A DNA stretch of 64,000 nt from Pelomyxa schiedti (lineage: Eukaryota; Protista; Evosea), in the NCBI GenBank assembly GCA_020536535.1, contig JAHLWZ010000526.1, forward strand, positions 62,001-126,000. Reading direction: 5' to 3'. The position numbers were made by a program, and so were the translations under genes. The notes beneath the pieces are model-generated. The model saw only the letters and a program-made list of their open reading frames with translations, was not told where the DNA came from and ran no database searches. Shown piece after piece: positions 25,728 to 38,009 of this stretch; the stretch's first letter is position 1, and each line of letters opens with the position of its first letter.

Positions 25728-25956
25728 CAACAACCAGGGGCAAGTGAAACCACAAGAGCACGGAAAGGAAGTGTGTCTTGGCAGGCAAAGGGTGTCCTTT
25801 TCCCCCCAACTCGATCTGGTCCCATGTTGGCCAAACCAGTGGCACAACACGGAACGAGAGGAGGGGGGATAGAGCCCTACCACATTCAACAAGACTCCTG
25901 TCACTTTCCGTATACGCCCTGTGCAGCCTCAAGCCCGGCCCCTGTAGTGGTTGCTG
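25728..25956 (-). ncRNA. Structured cis-element (long hairpin) in the actin 3' UTR, copy 1
   Basis: About 11 stacked helices with compensatory changes relative to 40718-40953; G-U pairs form only in the mRNA sense. Confidence 0.8.
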
Positions 25957-25976
25957 TCTGCGGTGTTGTTTTGTGT

Positions 25977-26425
<449 letters not shown>

Positions 26426-26525
26426 NNNNNNNNNNNNNNNNNNNNNNNNNNNNNNNNNNNNNNNNNNNNNNNNNNNNNNNNNNNNNNNNNNNNNNNNNNN
26501 NNNNNNNNNNNNNNNNNNNNNNNNN
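26426..26525. other. Assembly gap (100 N)
   Basis: Run of N. Confidence 1.
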
Positions 26526-26671
26526 GGTATTCTTGTATGTGGTGTGATGTAACCTTGAAGGTGTTGATCGGGCTCTTCAACGTAACGAGCAACCAACTTG
26601 TTCACAGGGTTTTTCGTATGTTCAAATGAAAGGAAAAAACAACCGTTTTGTTCATCATTAATGAAATAGCG

Positions 26672-29600
26672 ATGGCCGCCAACGTGATGTCGTTGGCCCA
26701 CGTGAAAGGTACCTACTTGCGTCATTCATCCATTCGCGGTGTTATAACCTACCTACCTATTTTTGTCCCCCTTTTTTTTTTTTTTTGGTTACGAACGCAC
26801 CCAAGTTGTTCGGGCCGAGGATATGGTGTTCAATGGGAAGGGTGTTTACAAGCCGTATTTGAGTGTGGTGTGTGGCAAAACGGTTTACACGACGACTGTG
26901 GGCAAGGGGACAGGGGGTGCTTTGTCCTTCACGTGGAAAGAGCACTTTCTATTGTATGTGCCAACTGCACATTTTTTTTTTTTTTCCCCCAAAAAAAACG
27001 AACATCATATTTGTTTGACTCTTCATAATTGGGTGCAGCTCTACACCACAAGCCCAACCTATCTTTTTTCTTTTAAACACCAAAAACCCAGTAACTGTGG
27101 CAACTTGGCATCAGAGAAGGTCACTATTCATGTGTTTGATCTTACATTGGCTGTTGGCTCCCCAATTGGCTCAGCATCTCTACCACTGTCTCACCAAGTG
27201 GTGTTTACAATCACCAGTTTATTATTGACATTTGTAGGTCCAAAAAAATGGAACTATTCACACATGCACTGTCACTGGTGATTCTGGATTACCTCTTGGC
27301 AAAATTCTACTCGAACTTTCAATTTCCAAGTCCACTGTATAACTCAGATTATAACTTCTCTTTATCCCTCATATCCTTTTTTTTCGACACTGGAAAAGAC
27401 TACATTTCAAGGCATGCTTATTCTTGAGGGACGTACAACACCATCAAAATCTGTTCTTCTTCCGGGATTACTGATTTGTGTTCAGGTTAAAGGCACCCAC
27501 ACATTTATTTTACCCCAACTCATTTAAAAGGATAACTTTCCAACACAAATTTTTTGGATTTACAATGCCACTTATCAGACTCTTCTAAGTGGGAGCTTTA
27601 TTATCACGCGCAAGGAGGGTGCAAAGGTTATTGATCAGTGACCATACAGTGATATGGAATAACGGCACATAGATTTTCAAAATAGCTGGGAAAACACCAG
27701 TAGCAACTTGGGGATCAGCTCTAAACAAGAGTGTTCATACTAAGCCGGTATTTGATTCTACTCTGGACTGGTGTAGAACCAATAAAAGTGCTTTACACAC
27801 AATGTCTCCTATCAAGCAAAAGGCTCCTATGTATATCCTTGCACACGTCTTCCTGTGTTTAATTGAGGAAAAAGAATCCGAAATGTACCTCCTTTGTTGC
27901 CATCCAAACGAACACCTTCTCAATCCTCCCCACCTGGTAATAGGTAAGCTGTTCCTCACTCAGACCAGTAAACAACGTTCTTTTAATCCAGAAAGATTCT
28001 CATGAGTTCTCCACCAAGCAAACCCAAAAATACGCTGAGCCCTCAATCCAAGCCTGGGCCAAATAAAAGCCCATCCAGCAAGCCCAGCCCAGTTAAACCT
28101 GCTACAAATATGAGCAATACCTGCACTATGTCCAGAAATCCTCAGTCACATCTCCAACCATGTGCTTCATCAACCAATGCCAAGCTGGCCGCATCTGAAG
28201 CAGCAATCGAGGCCGCAGGGAAAGCAAAATCGAATTCAGCATCTGTTGCTGCAGCCGCTGCTACTGCGGCAGCAGCTATCTCTACTATACCCGCCATGCA
28301 AATTGAAGCCTTATCTGCAGCTATGTTAGCTGTTACAGGAAAACACAAACCAAAAAACCCTTCCTTTGAGCGCAAACCTACTGACATAAGAATACACACG
28401 AACCCTGGCAGTACTACACCTATAACCCCAAAACCCCCTGCACTGCCCCCCACACCCTGGACCCCAACGGGTCTCAAAGAAAATCCCAATGCACACAGTG
28501 AATCAAAAACTCCCTTACATGCATGTAATGAATCGAAGATGATGCAACTTAATCTGGAGGTTCAATTTCCTATGCTTCTAGCTACCATTTAATTTCCATC
28601 TCAGAAAATTCGCAATGCATCGACTAGTAATCGCAGACGGAAGCCATCCAAGTATGGTACACTCTCAAAGTATGTTAATCCAGGGCAACCCATTGAAACT
28701 GTGCCCACCTCGACCGGGGCTCCAGAGTGCCCTACAATACCCAATCCGTCTTCAGCAATTCTCACCACCACAACAACAACTATGACGAGCCCTGTATCGC
28801 CTTTGATTACTGCAAGAACAACAACAACCACAACCACAACAACTATTATAGAACCACTACCCCCAGTTTTATCACCAAGCCCCCCTAAACTATCCAGTAT
28901 GGGTAGCTCATCCAATATAGGTAACTCCCATTCCACGGTGCACTCGCATAGTCATCACCATCGGCACCATCCGAGACAACAACAGTCAAGCACTATTCCT
29001 CCCTCTGTCAATACAGTTCCATTCCCAGATCCACTACCAGTGACAAATATTCCTGGACCGCCAGGCCCTACAATTCCTTCTGAATCGATGTCTTGTGCTT
29101 CTAACAATCAAATTTTGGATGGCTCCCACCACTCAGACCCTGGGGTACATCACCACGGGAATTACCACCATACGTCACATCCAAAGCTGGCACCTTCCTC
29201 CGTCGTTTGTGTAAATGAACCTTCAAAAACTGTTCTGGAGGAGAGTGAAGGGGGGTCAATCATTCCCTTGGAATCGAACACACTTTCAATTTCAAAGCCC
29301 TCACCTCCTGCATTCTCTCAATCTAATGAAACAAGCACTGGTCAATCACCTCCTGTCCAGTCCCCACCGCTTGCCCCACTATTAGAACCAGATGTTATTC
29401 CTCCTGAAGCAACTGTATCACTTAGCCCGCAATCGAAAGCTGGTCCAAAAGAAGATACTCAAGCTCAAGTGATTCCACTGTTACCACAGAAAAGTAATGA
29501 CATCGTTCCGGATATTAGTGAACATATCATTGAACCATTAGAAAGTACAAATGCCACGGTTCCCTCCCCACCAGTAACACCTGAAGTATCACCTTCACCC

Positions 29601-32600
29601 CTACCTCCAGCTTCAGACCCAACCGAGTCCCAGTCCGCGCCACCACCCCCGCCGCCACCCCCACCACCTCCTCCGCCACCCCCACCTCCACCTTCTGTTC
29701 CTGAGTGGTTACTGGGCACAAAAAAAAAGAAAGCCGAATCTCCCTTTGGGAAGCCTGGCAAACAACTGTGAGTTTCAATCCATACAGTACAATCTAACTT
29801 AAATGCCATTAGAGGACTCTTTCTTTGGAAAATTGAAAATCGGGTGCCGGTACCATATGTCCCAGAACACCTTGGAGAGTTCTGTTCTTGTGATTCTTAC
29901 ATCGTTCTGAATGTAGAAAGATTCCACCTGAAATACACATAACTAGGCTAAATTTTGGGCAGACGTCAATGCTAAATGATAGTACTGGATACCGCCATCA
30001 CGTTCACTTTCTGATAGGCTCTACTGCCCCTCCTGTGTGTAGCAAGAAAAATAAACATCATTTTCCCACTGACCACACTTTAGGATTCATTCATCTCGGC
30101 TGCACTTTGTGCCAAACATCTTCATGAAATCCTAACCGGGACTACCACACAAACTCGTGAGGTTTTCCAAACAAAATACTACGAAAAAGTCATAATAAAA
30201 AAAGGAACAAGGGTCTGAGTCTTCTCAACTGAAATCATATTTTCCCAAAGGAATCTCTTACATTGAAGGAGTAGTCAAGACATCTCTAAAGTTTCGTTTT
30301 CAACATTCTAGCTTACAGTTCACAATGATACAGGCATGTAGAAAAACTCGAACTTCCAGTAAGGCTTATTGCCTGTGTTGGGACACGTCGGTTTACTGTG
30401 AAGCAGGTTTGGGAGAATAAATATTTTCTTTCTTTAAACTGACAAGGTCGACGCCAAACCTGTGTCTCTTACCCATCATGACGCATTCGTCCTTGACACC
30501 GGCAAACAATTATATACCTGGGCAGGGCAAAACTGTAGTAAAGCCAAGGCAGGGCGAGCAATTGAACTTGCACGGCGACTTAAAACGGAAAACTCTATTG
30601 ACACAGCAATAATAAATCTGACTGGTTTGCCTCATAAGCTTTTCCAAAAATATCTTTTTTTTTCAGTAATACAAATATAGAGCAATCTTGTGACTGTCCA
30701 GGTTTCTTAACAACTCCCTTTCTCCTGTTCTATAAGGAAAAATCTCCCTATAGAGTTCTGGCGGGCTCTTGGATGTGACGGTACATTTTCCATCCCAAGT
30801 AAAGAACCAGAGGCAGATTGTGATGTGGTTGGGCTTTTGTGCAAGTATTTTCAATTCATTAGGAGACTCTAGACTCAACGATTTAATTTTCAGAATCAGT
30901 GTATCAGAGGAGGAGGGTTTGCAGGTCTCCCAGATACAATTTACCACTTTAACTAGAGACATTCTTATCACCAAGTAAGAACGGTCATGTTCTTATTCAT
31001 CCTTAAAAAATTAGCTCTTGTTATATACTGGATTGCGGATCGGAAATGTATGCGTACAGTTGTAAAATTTTCATTAATTTGTTACAGTTATGCTTGGCTG
31101 GGTAAGGCATCTCTACAAGAAGAAAAAAAAGCTACACTGAATCTGGGAAATGTAATGGCAACTTAACTTATAAAGCAAGTCACTCATTGGCTCCAGGAAC
31201 TGTTATATGATGAACAACGCCCGAAATGGGCCACGGTTTCCCGAGAAATTGAAGGGCGCGAATCTGTGATGTTTAAGGAAAAGTTCACCAAATGGATTAT
31301 TCCGAAACCTAAGCCTCAGGCTCCAAAACGTACGGAGAAAAAACAAATACAAACCTAAGCCTTACATGTTATAGCTGAAATTAATGCTACCGTTACTGCC
31401 AAAGTGGAGGAAAAACCAGTTGTACCACCAGAAGTTGCAGAGATGCTTTGCTTCACAGGCACAGTTGGGGCTGTTTCCACTATAACAACCCCAAATGTAC
31501 AGGATGTGGATGATGAAGGAGTTCTTCAAGTATCTCCCATTACACTCCCTTGATTTCTCACACCCCCAGGTGTGGTTTTGCATGGGAGAAGAGTGGGAAG
31601 AATTACCCGAGGAGCAATATGGACAGTTTTATGATGCAGGAAGCTATGTCTGCCTTTACATTGCTGAAGATGTATGCATTCGTTCACATAATTTCGTGCC
31701 CAACTTTTTTTAGGCTACAGGACACATAGCACCTGTTATATACTATTGGGAAGGGTGCAACTCCAGCCAAAAGGCCTATATCAAGTATCACTTCAGGTTG
31801 ATGTTACCATTCATAACCCATTGGTGTAACTTTTGGTGCTCAGTTTGATGTTCTATGTTCATAGAAAAATTAAGGAGTTACACTGCAATGAGCCAACAGA
31901 AGTTGTCATTCTGAGAGTAAAATATACTTACCATACAAATAGTTTCGTATCACGCAAGGAAAAGAGCCTTTAGAATTTCTGAACCTCTTTGGCAGACAAC
32001 TTCTCATTTTTGCAGTTAATTCAATTTAATGCTCTTCCCGAATCACCCCTCTTGCAGGGCAGTATCAATTCTCCACAAAAAGAACGCAAATTCAAGGCAT
32101 TCCAAGTCCGAGGGCGAGGAACACCCACAGTGTTCCGTGCCTCCCAGTTTTCACAGTGTGCTACTGTACATCAATTTTCTTCCTATTCATATATCCCTAG
32201 TGCAACAGATTCAAGTGTTCTCTCCAGCCTCTCATCCTATGTTATAATGGCTGATGCGAATTATGCAGCGCAAATGCATGACACGTTTAGAGAGAATAAA
32301 ATTCCAACCGTGTATGGAGTTTTTTCCTTCTACCTTCTTTTAAGGGAAAAAGGTTTTGTTGGCATGGATCTGGAAGTTCTGCACAAGAAAGGGATGTAGG
32401 TTTTGCTTTTTCTTCCCTTCTAGTGCAGGTTCACATTATTTCGGTTCGTATCTGCACTCATCCCAAAAAACAGGAACTTGCTAGTGCCAATCCAACACTT
32501 GAAGACCTTGGCCGTACCCCTGGTGAGGTTTATGAGGGAAAAGAGACACCACAGTTTTGGACTATTCTTCCAAGGCATTCACTTGTGCAAAAGTGTTTGT

Positions 32601-33630
32601 TCCAGATTTATAAATACTTCATTTTCCAGAGCTAGTGAATATGCAAGTGATACTTATTTGCACACAAGCGAATGTACAGAAAAGATGTTCAAATGTACTT
32701 TGGATGGAGGTGTCTTCAAGGTTCGTACAGCTACTCAGACCCAACCTAATAACTCGTAGGTGGAACCCGTAACAATGTACACACAATCTGATTTGCTTGA
32801 TACCTGTGCATGCATACTAGATGTCGGCAAGCGTGCATATCTGTGGATAGGAAAATTATGCTCTGATAAGCTGATCCAGCAAGCCACTAAACGGGCCAAG
32901 GTAGAATATTTTCAAGTAAGACTATCACATATTCTTCCAAGGATTATGTGGCATTTTCTCCCGGGAAAGAAGAAACCGCACCTCTAACTGTTTGTGCTGG
33001 AAAGGAACCCCTTTCATTCAAAGCTCACTTTGATGCCTGGAGGTCACCAATCCCCGTAGCAGTAACTCTTCCGCACTTTTTCCCATCACATCACATTAAG
33101 TTCTAACTATCCCAAAAAAAAAAAAAAAAAAAAAACAGGTACCCAGCACAGCCACTCCAAAAAAACCAACAAAGTCCACAACAAGCAAAACACCGCCACC
33201 CACACCCAACAAAGGCAAAACCCCATCAAAAACAACACCCACCAAAACGCCCGCACCAGCAGCAGCAGCAACCACAACCAAACCCAAACCATCAACAACC
33301 TCTCCTGGAACAGCAGCACCCAAAGCAACAACTGCATCACGCAAGCCGCTGAGCTACGCTCCACGGCCGGCAACACTACGCAACCCATTCCTTGCAGTAC
33401 AACCACCCCCTGAGGAGCCTGATGACGAGCTGCCGTCCATCGCCGACGTCGATGATGACGACGGCTTTGACAGCTTCGAGGAGGCACCAAAGGCAAGCAA
33501 AGCAAGCACCACGGCAAAGCAGCAACCACTCAGTGTACAAAATGCATTCATGACACACTTGCAGCAGAGGAGGCAGCTCAATGAAGATGAGGACTCTTGG
33601 GATGAGGAAGAAGACCTCTCATCCTTTTGA
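26672..33630 (+). CDS. Villin/gelsolin-family protein: N-terminal C2 domain, long Pro-rich linker with polyproline, about six gelsolin repeats, C-terminal acidic tail; many introns
   Basis: C2-like VVRAEDM..YKPYLSV..TWKEHF. Gelsolin repeats GLFLWKIENRVPVP..GEFCSCDSYIVL, SLTHHDAFVLDTGKQLYTWAG, QVWFCMGEEWEELPEEQYGQFYDAGSYV, EGKETPQFW and YTQSDLLDTCACILDVGKRAYLWIG. TGA at 33628-33630. Joining the C2 exons to the same gene is inferred. Confidence 0.85.
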
Positions 33631-33957
33631 GTGGAGTCTCTGTGTTTGTGTATGTTGTACACACATGGCCATTTTTCAACAGCTGGTGGAAATGTGAATA
33701 AAGGCAATTTTGGAGTGACGCCAATGTGAATTTTTTCTTTTGCTTATTTCTTGGTGTCTTCTTGGGAAGGGCGTTTGGTGCTTAGGCGCTTATGGATTTA
33801 GCTGATCAAGAAGTTGGTTGTCCGTCATTAGTTGGTAGGGTTGTGACAGTACCAAATCCAGCCGAGTTTTCGTCGGTGAGAATTCCCACTATTTTCTATG
33901 TCAGCATGTAATTTTGGTGAGAGATGGTAACCTTTATCGACGCCGTAGTTGATGTGC

Positions 33958-36279
33958 TTAGCACACAAAACGGTACATATACTCTACCCTCTTCTTGCGG
34001 TTGAACTGGTTGGTTGGAGTGCTGTTCTGACAGGGGCTCATGTTTAATAGTCGGAGGTTCAGCACTAGGCGTATGCGAAGGTTCGGGTTGTTGGGATTGC
34101 GTTGGCGTAGTTTGCTGTTGCCCTGCTTGTTCCAGTTGTTGGCACTGGGACTTATTGCGGTCTGCAAGGGTCGAGTACGCCCTGTATTGATTTCTGAGAA
34201 CAGTAAGTTCGTCAATCTTCTTCTGTATGCGGCTCTCGGTTTGGGCTTTCTCTAGTTTGAAACCTTGCTAATATTGTTGTTATATCAGAGAATCTATTGC
34301 AGTAACGGCCATACAGCTTCAAGTGAAAAATTTGAATCAGGTAGGCCAGCCCAACTTATTTCCTTTGAACTGGTTTTGATGATAACTTTGAGTGCTTTGA
34401 GAACGTTGAGCACGTCGTATATCCTTCTTCTTATGTTCTGTGTGCAAGAAGAATTTTTCTGAAATCAAACAAGGATATCATATGCGTTACTTGATCATGT
34501 TCTTCTGCATGGGCTTCTGCAACTATTTCATCTGCAACCTGTGTATTGGAAAAGTGAATCAGTGAGGTAAAAGCGAAAAAATCAACATTCTTGTGTGTAC
34601 GTGCTTGTGTTTTTCATTTGCATCTTTCGGCAAACAGCCAAGGTGAGATATTTTAGTCCTTGCTTTTATTTGAATGAGATGGAAGAAATCAAACACATAG
34701 TGGGAATTGGACGTAACTTCAGACCAGCCTCTACCCTTGGCAGGGACAGTAGCTAGAATATTTTGTGGCAAGACTTGGGTTTTACTGGTTGTGTCTACGC
34801 TGCCTTTTCTGGGTCTCTTATCAGTGATTGCTTTTGGGAGCCGGGAGTTCCCCTGTCTTTTTCTATGCCTAGAGAGATAACATAAGGTCCATTTAACATA
34901 TGAAATAGTACAAATTGGGTGGAGCGGTTAGGGCAGATAATTCGTGTATCGGCGACTGCGCATTGAACTCTGCAGGTTGTAACTCCGGAGGAGAGGAGGC
35001 AACTCTGTGACAATATTATTCTATGAGAGTAAAAAAAAAAAAAAACACACATCAACGAGGGACAGCTTGTCAACTCTGCTATTTTTGGTACATACAATTC
35101 CTCTGAATCAACGACCTTTGCTTGAGGCTCGAGTGATTCTGGGTAGCCACACTTCTGGTTGTGCTGAGCTGACAGTGGCAGAGCAGTGACTGGCTGTGTG
35201 GATGCTGTTGAAGAAAGAGTATTCGAAGATTGGGCAAAGGAATCTCGTTGCTCCTTTACCTCCACTGGTGCAGTCGACAAGGGAATTGTCGTAGTGACAG
35301 ATGGCAAGATCTGGGAAAGGAGGTCTTGCCGGAGTTGTAATGGGCTATTATACTTTCCCGAAAAGCTATCGCTGTCAAAAGAAAGAAAGTCCAGGAACTT
35401 GGAAGAGGGTGATAAAACTTTGCTGTAGTAATTTGGGGACGTTTCCAGAGGTGGACGATTGGAGCTTCTTTTTGGGGTACTGAACTATAAACGAAATGAG
35501 ACTTACTATAATAAAAGCACTCGGACCTGGGGGTCAGATATGGTGCTAGGCTCTAAAGGAGTACGAAGTTGTGTCTCACAGGCATTCCCAAGGAAAATCT
35601 GGGGAGGAAAAAAAAATTATGTTCAAAAGGGTGCCAGCAATAGTACTTGACTTAGCGAGTCCGTGGACAGACAGTCGCCCAACGCAAATGTACTTCCTGA
35701 TGCTAATCCAGAATGAGTTTCGGCATATTCATTTTGTTCTCTCTTGTGGTTTGGCTTACAGGTGCCAGCAGGTTCAGATATAACAGTGGTTTGAGTGCAG
35801 TTATTGGTACTGAGCGAACCCCTTGTGCATTCTGTTGCTGATTCATCAAGTGGTATTAAAGACGGGGGAGGGGGTGGTGGTGGAGGAAGAGGCAGGGATG
35901 AAGAAGGTGTGGGCGCGCAGGCTGATTCCCCACCCAAAATGTTTGCGTTACGGGATTGTCGAGTCGTTTTTGTCCCGGGCTTTCTTCCTCGCCGTGGGGC
36001 AAGTTGTTGACAAACCCCCTCTGAAGGTTCATTCGGGTCAGCTGAAGCAACAAAGTACATTTCGTCGTAAGAACATTCTGGAGGATTGTACAAAGTTGAT
36101 GGGGCCAAGATCTCGGCACCGATGTACACTTGTTCGGTAGGGTAAAAAGGAATGAAGCCATCGTGCAAGTAATAGCCCCCACCTCTGTTCATAGAGTCAC
36201 AGTTATGCCCACCATAATCAATTTCCCCCGCAGCAGAAAAAAGGTCTTCTGTTTGTGCACCAGTACCAGTGTAGTCCAT
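33958..36279 (-). CDS. DP: DP (E2F dimerisation partner) transcription factor, multi-exon
   Basis: KGLKYLTLAVCRKMQMKNTSTYTQ|VADEIV and NIRRRIYDVLNVLKALKVIIKTSSKEISWAGLP match the DP winged helix and DEF box. Termini are approximate. Confidence 0.85.
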
Positions 36280-36464
36280 GCCAACACGTACTTACGGTGA
36301 CCAACACCACCCCTCGCCTTGGTTTTTTTTAATGTGTTAATTCTCTTTGAAGATCCACAGCAGGTGATGCATTTTGGTTTTTCCTTGGCATCAATTAATT
36401 CCCTGCGCGGATGTCAACACGCCAATCTGAAACAACCCCAAACAACACACTGTTTTATTTACAA

Positions 36465-37954
36465 TTAAATCAGAACAAGCCAGGGTAGATTGCAGGACCA
36501 AGAGAACTCGATGATAGTCTGAAGGATGTGGAGTGGCAGATGGTGCTTTGAGAGTGGGCATGTGGGACCGTTGCAGCACCAGGCAGCTAGAATCGGTCGT
36601 ATCACAGGCCATTTTGGCCATCTCGTTACGTGCGGCGTAACCTCTTTGATTACTCCCACGGCGCACACGGTTCCGTTGAAGCTGCAGAGGAATCTTCCAA
36701 ACTGGGAGAATTGGGAAAAGCTGCCCACGGCCAATGGAAGGCACGGGATAAGCGTGACTATGGCACAATCGCCTCTCCTCAATGTGGTCAGTGGATCTTC
36801 AAAGTCCCTGCCCGTTGCTTTGTCTATCTTCTGCACAATGCTGTCCAATTTACAAGGGACTGAGGCCGAATGAGTAAACAGTACAGGGACAGCTCCCACA
36901 TTGATACAGTTTGCATCACGCAGCACAATCATCTGGTGCAAAATGATTTAAGGTGCCAGTAAAGAAATTAATCTCACATTCGCACTGAACTTATCCACTC
37001 GGCGAATTTGTGACTCAGTTGAGCTGGAACCACCAATTGCAATAGATCCACGTTTTGGCCTGCGTCTCGTATCACAATCAATCCTAAGGCCTGCAATATC
37101 ACCTGGTTCGGCATTGTCTACCTGATTCCCACAAAGCTCGATGGATCTCAGAGTTATGGAAAACTTCTGTGGTTCCACCCACAAAGTCATGCCATTTGAT
37201 ACTGTGCCGTATAATACCTTCCCGATGATTATGCTGCGGTTGTAAAGAACGCGAAGGATTTGTATGACTGGCGGGAAAGACTGAAGTTGTGAACTTGGAA
37301 CTCTTGAGGGAATGGGCAATGAACCCAGAGCCGCGATTAGTGATCGGCCTTGGTACCACTGATCTCCTTCCGTGCTGGAGGCTATATTTTCACCAGTGAG
37401 TCCATTGACTGGTATGAAGTCCTTCGTGGGAGGGTTGAACCCAACCTGTTTCTTCGTGATAAGGTATACCTTTACGAGCTAATCCGTACTTTATGGAGGT
37501 ATGCAGTTAATTCTCCCCTTATTTCCGTGTACCTAGCCAACTCCTTCGTCAAGTTACTTGGCTCAAATGTCAGTTTGTTGACTGCAATTAAAATCCGCTT
37601 CGCACCCATTGTGAACGCCGCAAGAGGCATACTTCTAGTGCTGCCGTAACGTCCGTATCCCCTTTCCCATTCTCCCTCTGCGGCACTCACAACCAACACG
37701 CAGGCGTCAACCATCCCGAGCACCGGGACAGCGTTGAGGCTGTACTTCGGGTCGCCCGGTACCTCGAAAAACGTCACCCTGCGCCCGGCGATGCACGCAA
37801 ACCTGTTGACCAGCTCCCAACTCCTCCCGGCACCTGACGCCGACGTGGCTCTGCCCACCTCACCCGGCACAAGGTGCCGCAGCAACGTGGACTTCCCGCA
37901 CCCAACATCCCCCATCACTGCCACGGACAGAGGCGAAGCCCGTAGCCAACTCAT
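36465..37954 (-). CDS. Divergent EF-1alpha-like translational GTPase paralog (two introns)
   Basis: GDVGCGKST, EVPG, DACVLVVSAAEGEWE, AFTMGAKRILIAVNK, VGFNP, AEPGDIAG, LRRGDCAIVTLIP..PLAVGSFSQFSQFGRF..TVCAVGVIK cover EF1A domains I-III. Confidence 0.85.
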
Positions 37955-38009
37955 CGGCTTGCGGATCGGTCAAAACAACACTTTCTGGGAATTCCCCGGC
38001 ACAAAAACG

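Noticed and set aside
25728-25956. Actin 3' hairpin as SRP RNA, SECIS, hammerhead or snoRNA
   Set aside because: No SRP helix-8 motif or GNRA apex, no AUGA/GA quartet and no in-frame UGA in actin, no CUGAUGA/GAAA core, and no C/D boxes; the unbranched rod is tied to the stop codon and poly(A) signal.
37734-38009. 512-aa ORF apparently overlapping the EF1A-like gene antisense
   Set aside because: The extension begins at a TTG; the family motif and first plausible ATG (38010) indicate no real overlap.
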